Below, piece after piece: positions 27,701-40,632 of a DNA stretch of 64,000 nt. Both the position numbers and the translations under genes were made by a program. This stretch comes from Balanoglossus misakiensis. Lineage: Eukaryota; Animalia; Hemichordata. The notes under the pieces are model-generated. The model searched no databases, was not told where the DNA came from, and saw only the letters and a program-made list of their open reading frames with translations. The DNA lies in NCBI GenBank assembly GCA_040954595.2, contig CM082592.2, forward strand, positions 5,818,308-5,882,307, written 5' to 3'. How positions within the stretch are numbered: position 1 is the first letter of the stretch; every line of letters begins with the position of its first letter.

Positions 27701-27821
27701 GGGATGCACTGGTTATGGCTCCGCTCTGAAAGCACTCGATGATTCCTCGGTTTCTCTCCGGACAATATCCGAAGTCGTCGCCGTTTATCACCAGCTTGCG
27801 GATGCTTCTCGTGTTGCTCAT
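24749..27821 (-). CDS. YDJC: YdjC/ChbG-family carbohydrate deacetylase; 4 exons
   Basis: Exons 27821-27635, 26863-26715, 26491-26214, 25088-24749. Family motifs LVINGDDFGY, ITSASLMVNG, LGLHLNLTEG, YVDGHQHCHV, ELMTHPGY, GPDEFACSADRVHE. Confidence 0.93.
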
Positions 27822-28779
27822 GGCCGCCAGACTCTTGTTAGCTTGGTGTGCTCTCCTCCTCGCAAACGCTACAAGCAATGTGTTATAGACAGACAGGTTT
27901 GATGTCCGGCTTGATTTTCCTAGGAGAGATGAACCTGAGATCAAGAAAACAGTAGAAGGGGAATGATGAACTTCATGAGTATCTTAGGAGCCTATTATTA
28001 TATTAAGCAAAAAGGAAAACACACAACATAGACATTATATACACGTGTACTGTGCTTGTGACAAACCATGAAAATTAGTGTGGTAGAGTGGTGTAAATCA
28101 TTAAATGGCCTGCAGGACTGTTTAAAAAATAGGGTTGAATTTGTTTAGAATGACAGTAAATCAACTTGTTAAAATAAAGACTAGTGCTGAATACTAGTAC
28201 TCTTACCCCAATGCTGAATCCAAGTGAAAGAGACTTTCAGTGTTTCCCAAAAATTCTCTCTGCCACTCTGGTCTTTTTTGATGGACAACTGTTGGGTGCA
28301 TCCACACACCATATGTCACTTATTACGTGTGCAAGTTGCGTTTTTAACTGTTTTGGCAACTAACTATCATAATGGTGAGTCAAATAACACCTGGCGGCCT
28401 GCAACAGATGTTTCGTGTGTAACTGCTGTCCACGCGTTTCTGTCTCTGCGTGGAGGTAATAGCAGGACTTGGCAGGTCCGTGTGTACGCAATTCACTTCC
28501 GGATTCTCAAGACTAGCAATGTCCCGGACCGGCCAAGAAGCTATATTCTTAAATTATTCCCACCTTAAAGACTAACACAGTGGTTTCAATATTCTTCGGT
28601 CTTTCGTCGTTACATTTGAGTTGTCATTTATCGCCGATATCATCACAAGACATGCTTTCGCCACGTAGTTACAGTGGCCGCGTCACCGCGCCGGTGTCCT
28701 CGGCCCAATCTCCAGCCTCGCCTATCTGTCAAACTGGGGGGTCAGAGGTCAAAGTTGAACAGTTGACCCAGAAGCCAAC
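27822..28779. promoter_or_regulatory. Divergent promoter region of YDJC/PIGS
   Basis: Head-to-head start codons about 960 bp apart; ETS/GABP-like CACTTCCGG at about 28494-28502; locally CpG-rich. Confidence 0.55.
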
Positions 28780-31700
28780 ATGGCGACGTCCACGACAAAC
28801 GAAAAGGAGAAGGAAGGTCGGTTGAGAATTTCGTTATACTTTACGTAGCATCATTCGCTTTAGAAATTTTTCGCCGGTTTTAATCTCACTTCATTAGTTT
28901 GGAAAGATAGCGGATGACGCACCATTTGATACGGATCCGCATCACTTCCTTTTCAGTTGTTCCACTTGCTGGAAAACATGTACACACATACAACGGAAGT
29001 GGCATTGATCTGAATATTTCAGAATTCTCTGTAACTAGGTGAAAAGTGATCTATGGTACGTCCATGATCAGGTCCTCATCACGACAAAACGACAAAAGCA
29101 GAGCAGCAAATAGTTTTTGATATTTCATAAACAGTTCATCTGGACTAGACGGGTGAGGGGGATTCATCCCCTGTTGTCATGACAACCCCCCCCCCAACAA
29201 TTTGTCAAGATGGAGCAGTGTCCCTTAAATAAAATGATGTCACTCACATGTTGGAGATATTACATTCCCCCTTACCAGAGTGGAATCCCCCAAAAAGAAA
29301 TCAGGCAAAGAGGGACGGACAAACATGTACCCACTGTTGATGTCATCATGGAAAGAACACTGTATAAATATTTTGTTGTTATTGTTGTTGTTACAGAGCA
29401 ATCATGGCAAAAGACCTATGTAGCACTGAGCATGGCATTTGTGTGTATAGTAATTGGAATCCCAGTGTGGTGGAAGACCACCACGACGTACAGAGCAACA
29501 CTGCCGTATGGAGAAATATCGGATCTGGCAAAAATTCAGACTTTCTGCGAGATCCCAGTCACAGTTGTACTCGTCAGCAACAGTCCAGTGGAGTCACAAC
29601 TGAACTTACTTCAACAGCAGTTAGATTACACTCTTGTATCAGGTAAGATTTACTGTGTTAGAAAATGGCACATAGACATCTTGCAGCTATAAAAGGAAAA
29701 CAATCACCTCTAATTTACAGATGCCCATATATGGTAGTCTAGAATCTATCCGTTCGTAGTCGCATTCACCCTACTACCGTCTAGGAACGCAGAACCAAAA
29801 TCTAGTAAGGCCATAAAAATGGTAATTTGAATGTGAATTGTCTCCAACTGAGCAATCTGACGTCAAGCGTCACCACGTGATCATGATTATGTATCATTCG
29901 GGGCGGAGCTACATTGTAAACATAATTAACATTCAACGTCATCACCTCACGGCCAATCAGTAGTCGGTCAACGTAAGTGATTGACTTCTCTGACGTCAGA
30001 CTGCTCAGTTGGAGACTATTCACATTCAAATTACCATTTTTATGGCCTTACTAGATTTTGGTTCTGCGTTCCTAGACGGTAGTAGGGTGAATGCGACTAC
30101 GAACGGATAGATTCTAGACTACACATATGGTTCATTAAATTTTTTATGCCAGTTGTCTTCTATTGACCACGTGGTGGCGCACTTTTGGGGCTTGTTTGCT
30201 GTGTGAACAATTATCTTTGATGAAGAAACTGACACAGTCCCTCTAGGTATAAGGGACTGTGGTATAAATAATGGGGTTCTGTGATAATGCTAGCTATAGG
30301 AAGTGCATGAAAACAGACTGATCATTATTTCCTTTTTATAAACAACCTGAACGTTAACTTGACATAATTATAAGATGTTATATTCTCTTTATTTTCACTT
30401 GGCAGATTTCAGTGGTCGATATTCTCATCTCTCACTTCATTACCAGGTGAAAGTGAGGAGTGCAAACAAACGAGAGAAAGACGTCTTGCAGCTCAAATCT
30501 ACATTACAAGGTAAAAATTTAGTTGTAGAGTTTCCAATCTGAACTGGGGATTTGTCTTCAGGTGTGAAAGGGTTTGGTGTAATCTATAATGAATAGAGCA
30601 AAATTGCTTTAAATTATCGTCTATAACGAAATGTAAAATATTTTCAGATCTAGATTCTGATTTGAGAGGTCTGGATCAAGCATCAGACGTTGGGTCATCT
30701 CGGGTTTACATTCTTCAAGACCATAGCCGTCTATTTACATCATCAAAAGCGTATGTCGGGAAATACAGGCATGTGTTTGTGTCTGGACAAGGTAACTATA
30801 ACACTAAATAATGTTTTCTATTTCTTTTGGAAAATAACCTGAGCAATTCTGTAAGACATAAGATGCCTGTTTGTATTACAAACATGTATCTTTTGTCTTG
30901 AATTGGTACTGGTATATTCACTCTGTGGTCAAGAGCTAGAAAATCATTCCTCCCTGTATTCATTGTGTCTCGGCAGATCTGAAAGAAGCAGCCGCTCTCA
31001 CAGCCAAGGTTGTGAAAGAGACTCATGTGCAGGAGACATTTGTGGCGAAAATTCACGGAATCGCCACTGGAGTCAAGCATACGGAAGTGAGTGTCCAGTC
31101 TGAATCTATATCATGTATATCAGGAAGTACAAAGCTTGTGTACTGGACCTGTGTAGACAAAACCCTGTCTAATCTGGAAACCTATCTATACTGAACACAT
31201 TTTCCAGTCCTTTTCACATTGAGCCACATGTTAAAAGAACCTCTAAACCAGACACCTGAACAGTTTTTCCAGTCACATGAAATGACAGGACATACATTGT
31301 ACATGTAACATGGCACTTGACGTTTTTTTTGCCTGCAGGCTGATGTGGAGAGCATGAGGTCGCTGCGGACAACTCACGGGTATGAGCTGACCTTTACCCT
31401 CTTGAACCCTGACCCTGCCATGGTGGTTTCTAAGTGGGACATAGCTGACGGCATAAGAAGTAAGACATGTGTCGGTTATTTCAATCGACTGTTGCCAGCT
31501 TATACTTACACTTCCAAAATTCAGTGAGATTGATGATGATAACTTCAAACACTGTGCTTTGCAGCCATTCCCGTAATGATAACAGCATGGCTAATTTGTT
31601 TTTCGTATCAGGTTACCTCGATCCGTTTCTGAAGAAGCTCTCCGAGTTTGCCGACTTCACTGTCAATTCGCAGGTTCTGTACTACATGGAGCTGGCGGTC

Positions 31701-33767
31701 AGTCCCACGCACGACGAGGCCGGTCAGAGATACGTCTTGAAGTCCAAGGTGTTGCCGCACTTGATCACGCCTGTGGAAGCCAAGCTCGGTAAAGCCAGAT
31801 TTGTTTGAAGTTCCCTTCTACACTGTTCATGTATAATCCAGTGAAAGAGACATCCGAAAAATAATGAAACAAACAACATGTACCAGAGCTAACTTTTCAC
31901 ACACTGTGTCAGCTGCGCAACCATTTGAGCAGCTTTGTAAAGTGACACAACCCATTAAACAGTTGACAATACTCCAATAACATATTTAACCTTCTATACA
32001 CTGTATAACAAAATGAATATGAATAATTTGCACATGTCTGTGACAATGTATATTTTCTTTCTTTACAGGTTCCCATGTTTCCACCGACCCAACCTTGAAT
32101 TTCTTGGTGTACGTACCCACCAGGTACCACGCTCCATTGTATATCCTCAATGAAAAAGGTAATAACTCGCGCTGTTTTAAGCATGGGTTCATTTCTTCTC
32201 ATTACAGTGTGTGTTGCCATAAACGAGAGCTTCATTTTATCATCAAACACAAGGCTCCTCCCACAGGTGAAAGTTGTATGTCATTGATTCTGTTTCAGAC
32301 GAAGCCATAACAGGCAACGCATTCCTGAGTCCTCGTTGGGGTGGAATCATGATCTACAACTCGCCAGACACAGACGCCAATCAGACGCTGCCAGAGACGG
32401 TGGACGTTGAGATGAAGCCGGTCATGGAAGTCTTCCTCTCACAGCTGAGGCTTCTGATTGGTGTTCCAAAGCAGGTACCTGACATGACTTTATAGAAGCA
32501 CGCATTTGATTGGCTAGCTAGCTGGGAAGAGAGAGTAGAGACCTAACATGGCCATTGATTGGCTCATGACTCTGGGGTTATACCAGAAACATTAAACCAT
32601 ATCAGTTGCAACAAATTGACTGTCGCAGTCTTCTCAGAGTCATTTCACCACATTCAACCTAAATGAAGATGCCTTTGTTTCTCACACAGAAATCTGATCC
32701 TGACATGACAGTAGCCTTACCAGACAACACTGGTATCACTGACTGGGTAAGTGCATTATTTTTAATGTTGACCTAAAACCAAAGAGTCACAAAAGTTGTC
32801 ATCAATGTGCATACCTATCATACATTGATGTTTTACTTTTCAATTTTTTCCAGGAATTCGATTCCATCATTCGAGCCAGAACATTAGAAAATGTTGCCAT
32901 GGCAACATCCACACTACAATCACTGTCACAGCTACTTGGACAGATCGGTAACATGGTCATCAGAGACGAAATTGCTGAACAGGTAAATAGTTTGTCTCTG
33001 GGTACAGCAGAAACCGGTTCAAACCAGTCTAAACTGGTCGGTAGACCCTTTCTGAACCAGACAGGAAATCTTTATATGGCACAAAAGAGACATGGAGAAT
33101 TTGTATGAGTTCAGAGACGTCTAGTTATTTTAAATAATGGTTTCATATTTCTGGGAAACTAGTTATTTTCTAAACATGAATGAAATGTTTCCACCACAGG
33201 TCTACAGAGCTGTTGAAACCATCCGACTGACGCACGTCTATCTGAAGGAGGCCAATCTCTACCGAGCATTCCACTCATCCAAGAGTGCCTTGCAGGCTTC
33301 AGAAAAAGCATTCTTTGATCACTCGCTTCTAGAACTCCTGTATTTTCCCGAAGATCAGAAGTAAGTACGCGTGTAGTCAAGTCCAGGTTACGCCCGAGTT
33401 TAAATCTCATGCGACTTAGGAAACTAAAATGGACATTTTCTGATTCTGGTGTAGATGATATTTTCTTTCAGATTTTAGCGTTAATAAAGTGTCGCGTACT
33501 GTGGACAAATGATCTCATGCATTTTACCCTTGAAAAAAATTGAGATATGAAACCTTTAGAAATGATCTTGACTTCCAATCTGCATGATTCAAATGCCCTC
33601 AAACCAGTTGTCGCTAACAATTTCGCGCATTTCTATCTTTCAGGTTTGCTATCTACATTCCGTTATTTCTGCCGATCAGTATTCCGGTTGTACTTTCCTT
33701 GATCAAAGCAATCAAGTGGATCAAATCCCAGAAGCAGAAAAGAAAAACCAAATCGAAAACAGAGTAG
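28780..33767 (+). CDS. PIGS: GPI transamidase component PIG-S; 13 exons
   Basis: Exons approx. 28780-28816, 29397-29642, 30406-30510, 30648-30791, 30977-31086, 31339-31459, 31612-31788, 32069-32158, 32299-32474, 32690-32746, 32854-32982, 33200-33360, 33644-33767. Motifs [77 protein letters not shown]; two TM segments and a basic C-terminal tail. Confidence 0.94.
29735..30121. mobile_element. Foldback/MULE-like MITE in PIGS intron 2
   Basis: About 131-bp terminal inverted repeats (TAGTCTAGAATCTATCCG...CGGATAGATTCTAGACTA) with 2 mismatches, about 125-bp spacer, flanked by 9-bp direct repeats CATATATGG / CACATATGG. Confidence 0.88.
31160..31258. repeat. Dispersed repeat, related to 49676-49773
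   Basis: Shared CCTGTCTAATCTGGAAACCT and CCACATGTTAAAAGAACCTCTA. Confidence 0.65.
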
Positions 33768-33933
33768 GTTCAACCCAGGCCACCCCTGCTGCTCCTGTGG
33801 AACGGTCCATTTGACCATAGAAAGTTGTGGGGACTATTCACCATGATGGGGGTGATGGGGAGGGAGGATGTATGTTTGTATTTCAGTTTTGTACATTTTT
33901 TTAAAAGTAAGACTTGACAAGATTTTTCTTTGT

Positions 33934-33939
33934 AATAAA
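33934..33939 (+). terminator. Candidate PIGS polyadenylation signal
   Basis: AATAAA about 170 nt after the stop codon. Confidence 0.4.
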
Positions 33940-35334
33940 AAACAACAACTTGAAAACCCAGAAGGGTACTTGTCTGTGATTTGATGTGAAATGATGCTTG
34001 AGTTGAGTGTTGCATGCATCAAAATTTCTGTTCTCAAGTGTACATTTTGATGCATCAAGAAAGAGAATATTGTTGGTCATCCGAACAAAAAAAATTGTGA
34101 TTTGTGAGGCTAGAGAAATTTCAAGACCTGTCTATTTATATTATATTATGCTCCTTTATTCAATGAAACATTCATAATACGCGGAAAATGAAAAGTATTT
34201 TGGACATGTTAGAACCCACTCTGAGAAGACACCCACATGGGGCTGGCAGACAAGTGGACAATAGTCATGTATAAACGAAAAATATATTTGACACAGAAAA
34301 AAAATGGACATGAATAAAAAAATGTGGGTCTTGGGATCTCCATTATGAGCAAATACGGTCATACATGTAGAGCGGTTTATAATTAACACAAAGCTGATCA
34401 ATCAATATAAAATACAAGTATGTATGTCAAACACGGTCAACAAGCACGGACGAAAAACAACTCGCGTCATATCAGCAGAAATGTGGCAACCGTACACACT
34501 TCAGTAGTATGAGCATATATATAGACAACAGAATATTGAATCTTATCAATAATGGTTGCCCCATACTTCTATCTTCTTTATGGTTCTCATAATTGCACTG
34601 TTTCATATGATTTTTTCAGACCCAATGAAGAACAGTGATTGGTATAGTGTCATTCTTTCTCAAACTAGTTTTCACTGTTCAACATAAAACATTTCCACCT
34701 TTCGTGAGCATTTTTTTAGAATAGATTAAGTTTTTTTATCCACATAAAGATCTCACATAGAATCTAAATTTAGTTTTTGCAATTGTAAATAACATTTCAC
34801 AAAAAACTCAGATTAAAAAAAAATACTGATTGATATCACAAATGTAAATATCTAGCAAAACAACTGGTTTACAAAAAATACTATAAATATTGTAACTACA
34901 TGCATCATATTGCAATATTATAAATTCAGATAGTCTTCCAGGAAATTCAATTCAAAGTTGCAGCAAACCAACACAATGCGAAATTCTTTCATTTGGGCCA
35001 CACTACACTCAAATGTTCTATTAAGTTTTATTCTCCACAGGCAGAAACTCTTTGTACAATGAAACGGAAAAGATACTTCACGATATATATTACAGTATTT
35101 GACATCTTCATTTTGTACAATTTCATCCCCCCTCAGTCAAAAATAAACCATTTGTGCGTTGACAGCAATAAAAATGCCCACTCGCTGTCATGGATTCCGG
35201 AAATTTCCAGGGGGGTACCTCTCCCGATACCAGTAAAATGACACTTTTCAGCAGCAAGTTTTGCAACGAATTGGCACAGTAAATATAACTGCTATACACA
35301 GCCACTCCTGTCATGTCGGACTTCCCATCATGCC

Positions 35335-38300
35335 CTAGGCTTTCACCAGGTGGGAATTTTTCGATAAAAAATCGGACAGCTGAGTCGGGTAATCGGTCAT
35401 GATTCCAGTAGCGCCGAGCTGCAAGGCCCGCTCCCAGGCATTTTCATCATTCAAGACCCACACATACACCTGTCGAAAGGACAGAATTAGAATTCCTTTG
35501 AAAACTAACCAGAACTACGACGTTACAGCACCAACACCTGCAATGGCACAGCTATAGGCTCCTTCATTCGAGAGTGCTCTATAATGTTGATCCCATGTTG
35601 ACAGGTTTTCCAGCCCATTCATGACACTGCTCCTGTTTTTCAGACTTGTACACCCATGCCCAAACCACACAGAACATCACTCAAATTCAAATCTTGGCTT
35701 GACACACCTGAAATCAGTTTTTCTGCACTTTTTAATCCTTCTCAACTAAATACTGTCACTCTCCCCAAACATACGTGACGACCTCACAACTACTACAGAG
35801 AGATATATGGTTCAAAACGAGTGAAATACCAACATACCTGAATGCCCCGTTTATTCAGATGATAAAACATGATTCTGCTCATCAGAAGTTTATCAATCAT
35901 AGACCACAATACTTTACTTTTCTTGTTCATATCAAACATTCTGTTGGATTGTAAGAAAGCAAACACTAGATCAGATAACAAAAAATCTTTGATTGCCTTC
36001 CACAGTCAACATGTGCACAATGCATGTTAATGTCATTTTCAGAGCACACTTCATAAACATGTTCCAGACACTGACTCAGTACTGGCATACTGTAAACAAA
36101 ATGTCAAAATTAAATAAAAATAACTCTAGATAAACTACACTTACTCAACAAGCGCACTGGGCATCATGACTTCCATAAAAGACTCCTTGATTGGCACAAA
36201 AGGAAGAAGTCCAGCATAGAATAGCAGTGTTGTCACGACAACACGACGAAAACTGAACAGAGTGGGAATTTCTGGATTCTGAAAAGTAAAATGAGTGCCT
36301 AGGCTTAAATTAAAGGGGCAATCACTTAGTTAGAATGCAGGGCAGCCATCTTGCAAACCAAGATGGCTGCCATCCACCCATCAAAGATGGCCGCACTCAC
36401 CTGTTTACGACACTTGTTGACAACATCGTGACTGAAATTTCCCCACACGGTAATATCTTCTCTCTTGAATTCTGTAACTAAGTCTGAAACCTGTAAATAA
36501 ATTTGTCAGAATTAATGAGCAGCTTTGCGAAAAGTGTAATACATGTACTCCACCCATTATGGCTTCTTATAATTCTTTGACTTAATTCTAACTTTCTGGT
36601 GAAATTTATATGAGGAAGTGAAAATATTTCAGTTCATTATGGTCTAAATCTTTCTATTTGACCAGGAAATTTCTTTCTCAACTTGCAACAAACTGCATTT
36701 CAGGTCAGACAAAGAATACAATAAATATCAAACCTACCTTTTCTATAAGTTTGTCATTGTTTGTTTTGATGTCAATATTGATGGGTATATCAGCGAACTC
36801 CTCGAAAACTTCTCTCAATAATGGTATTCTTCTGTCCTCATTACCATTACAGTAGCGTTCTGCAATGAACAGGGTAAAAAAGGTGAGTGACAAAAATTAT
36901 GACAAAATTCGCAAGATTGTATTTTGAGAGTAGTTTTCGTGTGTGTGGGTATTGAATGGTTTAATGGGATGGACTTACGTTTGGTGAAAGTTACTTCTAA
37001 ATTCTGTTTCACTGGTGGAAGTTCCTAGAATCGAATAAAGTAACTGTCAGATAACAATACAAGCATTTGTTGACAAATAAAAAAATATCTCCTCAAATAA
37101 ACAATGTACGATTACTTAGTGGTTTAATTGCTACACAGAACTCTCCATACATTGATATCAGCCCTTTCAGTAAATGCAAGGTGGTTGATCCCACTTGATA
37201 AAGTGGACAGCACAGACCAAGTGTATTACGGACAGTGGAATTCAATAGTGTTTGTAGAAAATCCAAAGTTACTTGCCTTGTAGTCCAAATCTGAAATGAG
37301 AACATCTTCACCGCTCACTCTGTGCAAATGGTTGTCATGGCAGACGACCACTTGTTCGTCTTTGGTGATCTGACAGTCCAGCTCCAACATTTCCACGCCA
37401 GCCTTGATTCCACTGTGTTTGCGAATAAAGCAGGAAAAATTATCAAAAATTAACAAATCGAGCCCACATTTTATGAAAGTCATGCCTCAATTTATTAAAT
37501 CTTTAGCATTTATCAATTCCAAAACTAAATTCACCTCAGACTACAAACACTGCCATATTTGCTATAACAAACACATTGGATAATCCATGCAAAGATTCCC
37601 ATATCACAATCAAATCAGAAAACTGTACATCCTCCATCAATGAATATTCAGTGAATGCAGATATCACTCACTGTTTAAAGGCTGTCAGTGTGTTTTCTAA
37701 GTTTTCACCAGCACCTGAAACAGAAAATAAAAATAAAAATCTCAGATTTTTTTCTTGTAGAAAATGTCTTTACCATATGCATACATTATGGTACAGCAAC
37801 GAAAAAAAATTACTGAGATGAACTAGAAGTCCTTCTGACTAAATTACACTTACACAAAGGGGTCACAAAAGCATTTATTTTCTACAGTGGTACAACAATG
37901 GCTTGTCTTAATCTATTTCTAAATTTAGCCGCACCGCAAAATGATTTGACGTATAGAGCCATACGTAAACTATACAGCAGCACATGTCTGTCCACCCATG
38001 TATAACTGACTTTTATCGTCAACACAGATAATTAATTCACACACTGGTTTATCGTACAGATTTGCTTTGCGGTTCTTTTTAGTGACAGTTTGCGGACTAT
38101 GTTTTCACAACTGACACTCTCAAATCAATATCATTGATATTGTTGAATCAATAAAACAGAAGGAACCCTGGACGTGTTAATGCCCTTAATCAAAATGTAA
38201 CCACGTAAAAAAATAACTGTAATGACAATCAATATTTTGCTGTAGGAAACATTTTTTTTAATTCGCTTTTTTTTTCGGTTTGCGATTTGTCTGTTTTATC

Positions 38301-39886
38301 TGCAAATTCATCGATGTGTTTAGCAAGTGCCGGACGTTGCAGACAGATCGGCTGAGTTGATCATCTCGATCAAATCGTGAGATGCTGCTCAATTATCCAG
38401 ACCTGCAGTGCTCACTCAAAAAAGTCATCTGCAGTTCGAGAAGGATGAGAGTCTTGCCTGCAGGCGTTTGAGATCTCATCAGTGCTGAGAAACTGCTTTG
38501 AGAACGAGAGAGATGAAAGAGTCAGCTGAGAGTATAGGAACATGGTTGTTATCTGTCATCTGTACCAATGTACTTGTTAAAAGCTGTTTTTGTACAGTGA
38601 CATTGCACAAACATGGCCAGGTACATCTCTTTCTTGATGTACCTGGCCATATTTGATTGTTTAATGACATGCATATATGTGATAATGATACTCGTTCTGG
38701 GTTGGGTATCACTTAAACCCTACTGAGCACTGAAAACACCCTCCAATCAATAACAAGCGAAATTACCGAATTTGCATTCTTAAGTACCGTAAATTGATTG
38801 ACCGCTAAAAGCCTCTTGACTATACAACCCATTCTTTACACTTTGAACGGTACAACAATGTGATGGTTGGTATCCGAGCTCTGTCTCGGCCTAGATGCAT
38901 ATACATAATAATAAAAGCATTTCTAATCTTGAGCTGCTCCTAATTCTCTGCGACCTAAAACCATTATCTCAATTATACAGTGATATATGCGAGTTTGCCC
39001 ATAAGGTTTTGTATGACAGATGCATTTGCCAACCATGTATTATTGATTTTTCCTGCAAAACAACACTTACCATTCCTGAGGTGCAATCCATGCCCAGCGA
39101 ATATTAAGTGCACCTGACCTTTGACCCCAAAATATAAAGTTATTTTTTAAACGTACCATGGATGTTGACAATTTTTGGTGGGGAAAAGAGGTATGAGCAG
39201 TTATAAAAAAAAAACTCGTACTATGTCGCCAAAGAGGCGGTTTGGGGAGAAGGGGTTATTTCATTAGAGTAATGTGATTACGTCATTTTTTTCTCAATAA
39301 TATTGTCAATATTCTGCAGCTGAAAAGGTGACACCCCCCCCCCTACTATGACTATGTATTTTACCAAAAGTTATATTCCATTGGCGTTTTGTGTTTGCAG
39401 TATGAGACTGACTAAAGAAAGTCAATAAAGAATACAATAGATTTTGACGAGTCACCGTTACTCATGTTACTAGTACCAATAATTCCGCAACGCGAAGCCC
39501 GGCCCGGCCCTGGTGATGCAACCCGGGGTTGCATCTTCGGGGTTCGCGTAGAGACCACGGTAACGGTGTGCTTCGTGCACGGGATGAGGCAACGCAACAC
39601 GACAAATTATATATGATGTCAATTGTCATGTACATCATACTGTATTTTACAAACTTGTGAAGAGCAAAATCGACTAAAAATGCATGACATAACGGTCACT
39701 CCACACACTATTCATTCCAACTTTCCATCCGCCGCAAATCTAGATCTTACCTCCACGATGACCTATGATCAGCGGCTTAAACTTGATCTCCTTCGGTTTG
39801 TGTAATATTCTGGGGTAGCGAAGAAGCACGACCGACGTCACCACGTAACCAGCGAATATAGTCAGCAACACCATCACAGCAATCAT
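35335..39886 (-). CDS. GDPD1: Lysophospholipase D GDPD1/GDPD3-like (glycerophosphodiester phosphodiesterase domain); 9 exons
   Basis: Exons 39886-39751, 37714-37672, 37412-37277, 37024-36979, 36859-36738, 36490-36401, 36278-36145, 35940-35838, 35469-35335. N-terminal TM segment, IGHRGGAGENLENTLTAF, MLELDCQITKDEQVVVCHD, PINIDIK, VYVWVLNDE, GATGIMTDYPT. Confidence 0.92.
37025..37276 (-). other. GC-AG intron in GDPD1
   Basis: AAG|GCAAGT donor gives the in-frame junction DLDYK|ELPP; the nearby GT is out of phase. Confidence 0.8.
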
Positions 39887-40060
39887 TGGTGGTTTTTAAA
39901 AACAAACGACTGAATGCAGCGTCACCTTCTTCGCCTGTAGTGTTGTCTTTTCCTCTCTCCGGTGTACTTTAACCCGGAAGTAAATCCCTTCATCCGAATG
40001 TCGATTATGGCGGGAGAATCGAGCATGGATTAGAGAGCTTGGTGTTTGGGGGGAAATTCA
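39887..40060. promoter_or_regulatory. Candidate bidirectional promoter of GDPD1 and the diflavin reductase
   Basis: Head-to-head genes; CCGGAAGT ETS motif at 39974-39981; ATGGCG (YY1-like) at 40007. Confidence 0.5.
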
Positions 40061-40632
40061 CCAGTACATGAAATATACATGCCCGACGTATCTATGGAAA
40101 TTGTTGAATTCGAACAATCAAAAGATTTCGATAGAGATTATCCGATACTGTACTGATTCTGCGGTGGGATTGTTATTAAAATGATATGCTCAGTGCACTG
40201 ACATTGAAATCACAGGCCGGTTTGTCGGCTTTGTGAACCGGCCAAAGTCCAGGTTGATTCAAGATAAATTGATTGTCGTCTGCCTACAAGTACATCGTAC
40301 ACTTCCCATAGAGCAGAGAGCGTACCGTCTGAGTGATTTCCCGACGGGTTATTGTACAATTTTGCCGCCAGTGCTGTATAAAACGAGATAGGAGTTGTCG
40401 AGTGAGAAAACAGTAGATTGCTTTGTTGCTAAATTGCACTTTGTGTCTTTCGTATCATTCTGATCGAGTGTGCCTGCTGTCTGTATAATCTTGCCTCTTA
40501 CGTGTAAGATCACAGGAGTAGTGTGATATTCCACAGTGATCGAACCCTGTGCACAAGGACAATGTGTAGCTAGTGTAATATTTACTGAACAATGAGATTA
40601 TTTGCACAGCGGCAGCAGCCAAGTCCAAAGTC

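Noticed and set aside
38425-38490. Possible hammerhead ribozyme (CTGATGAG on the minus strand; also at 8073)
   Set aside because: The required GAAA core and closing stems are missing.
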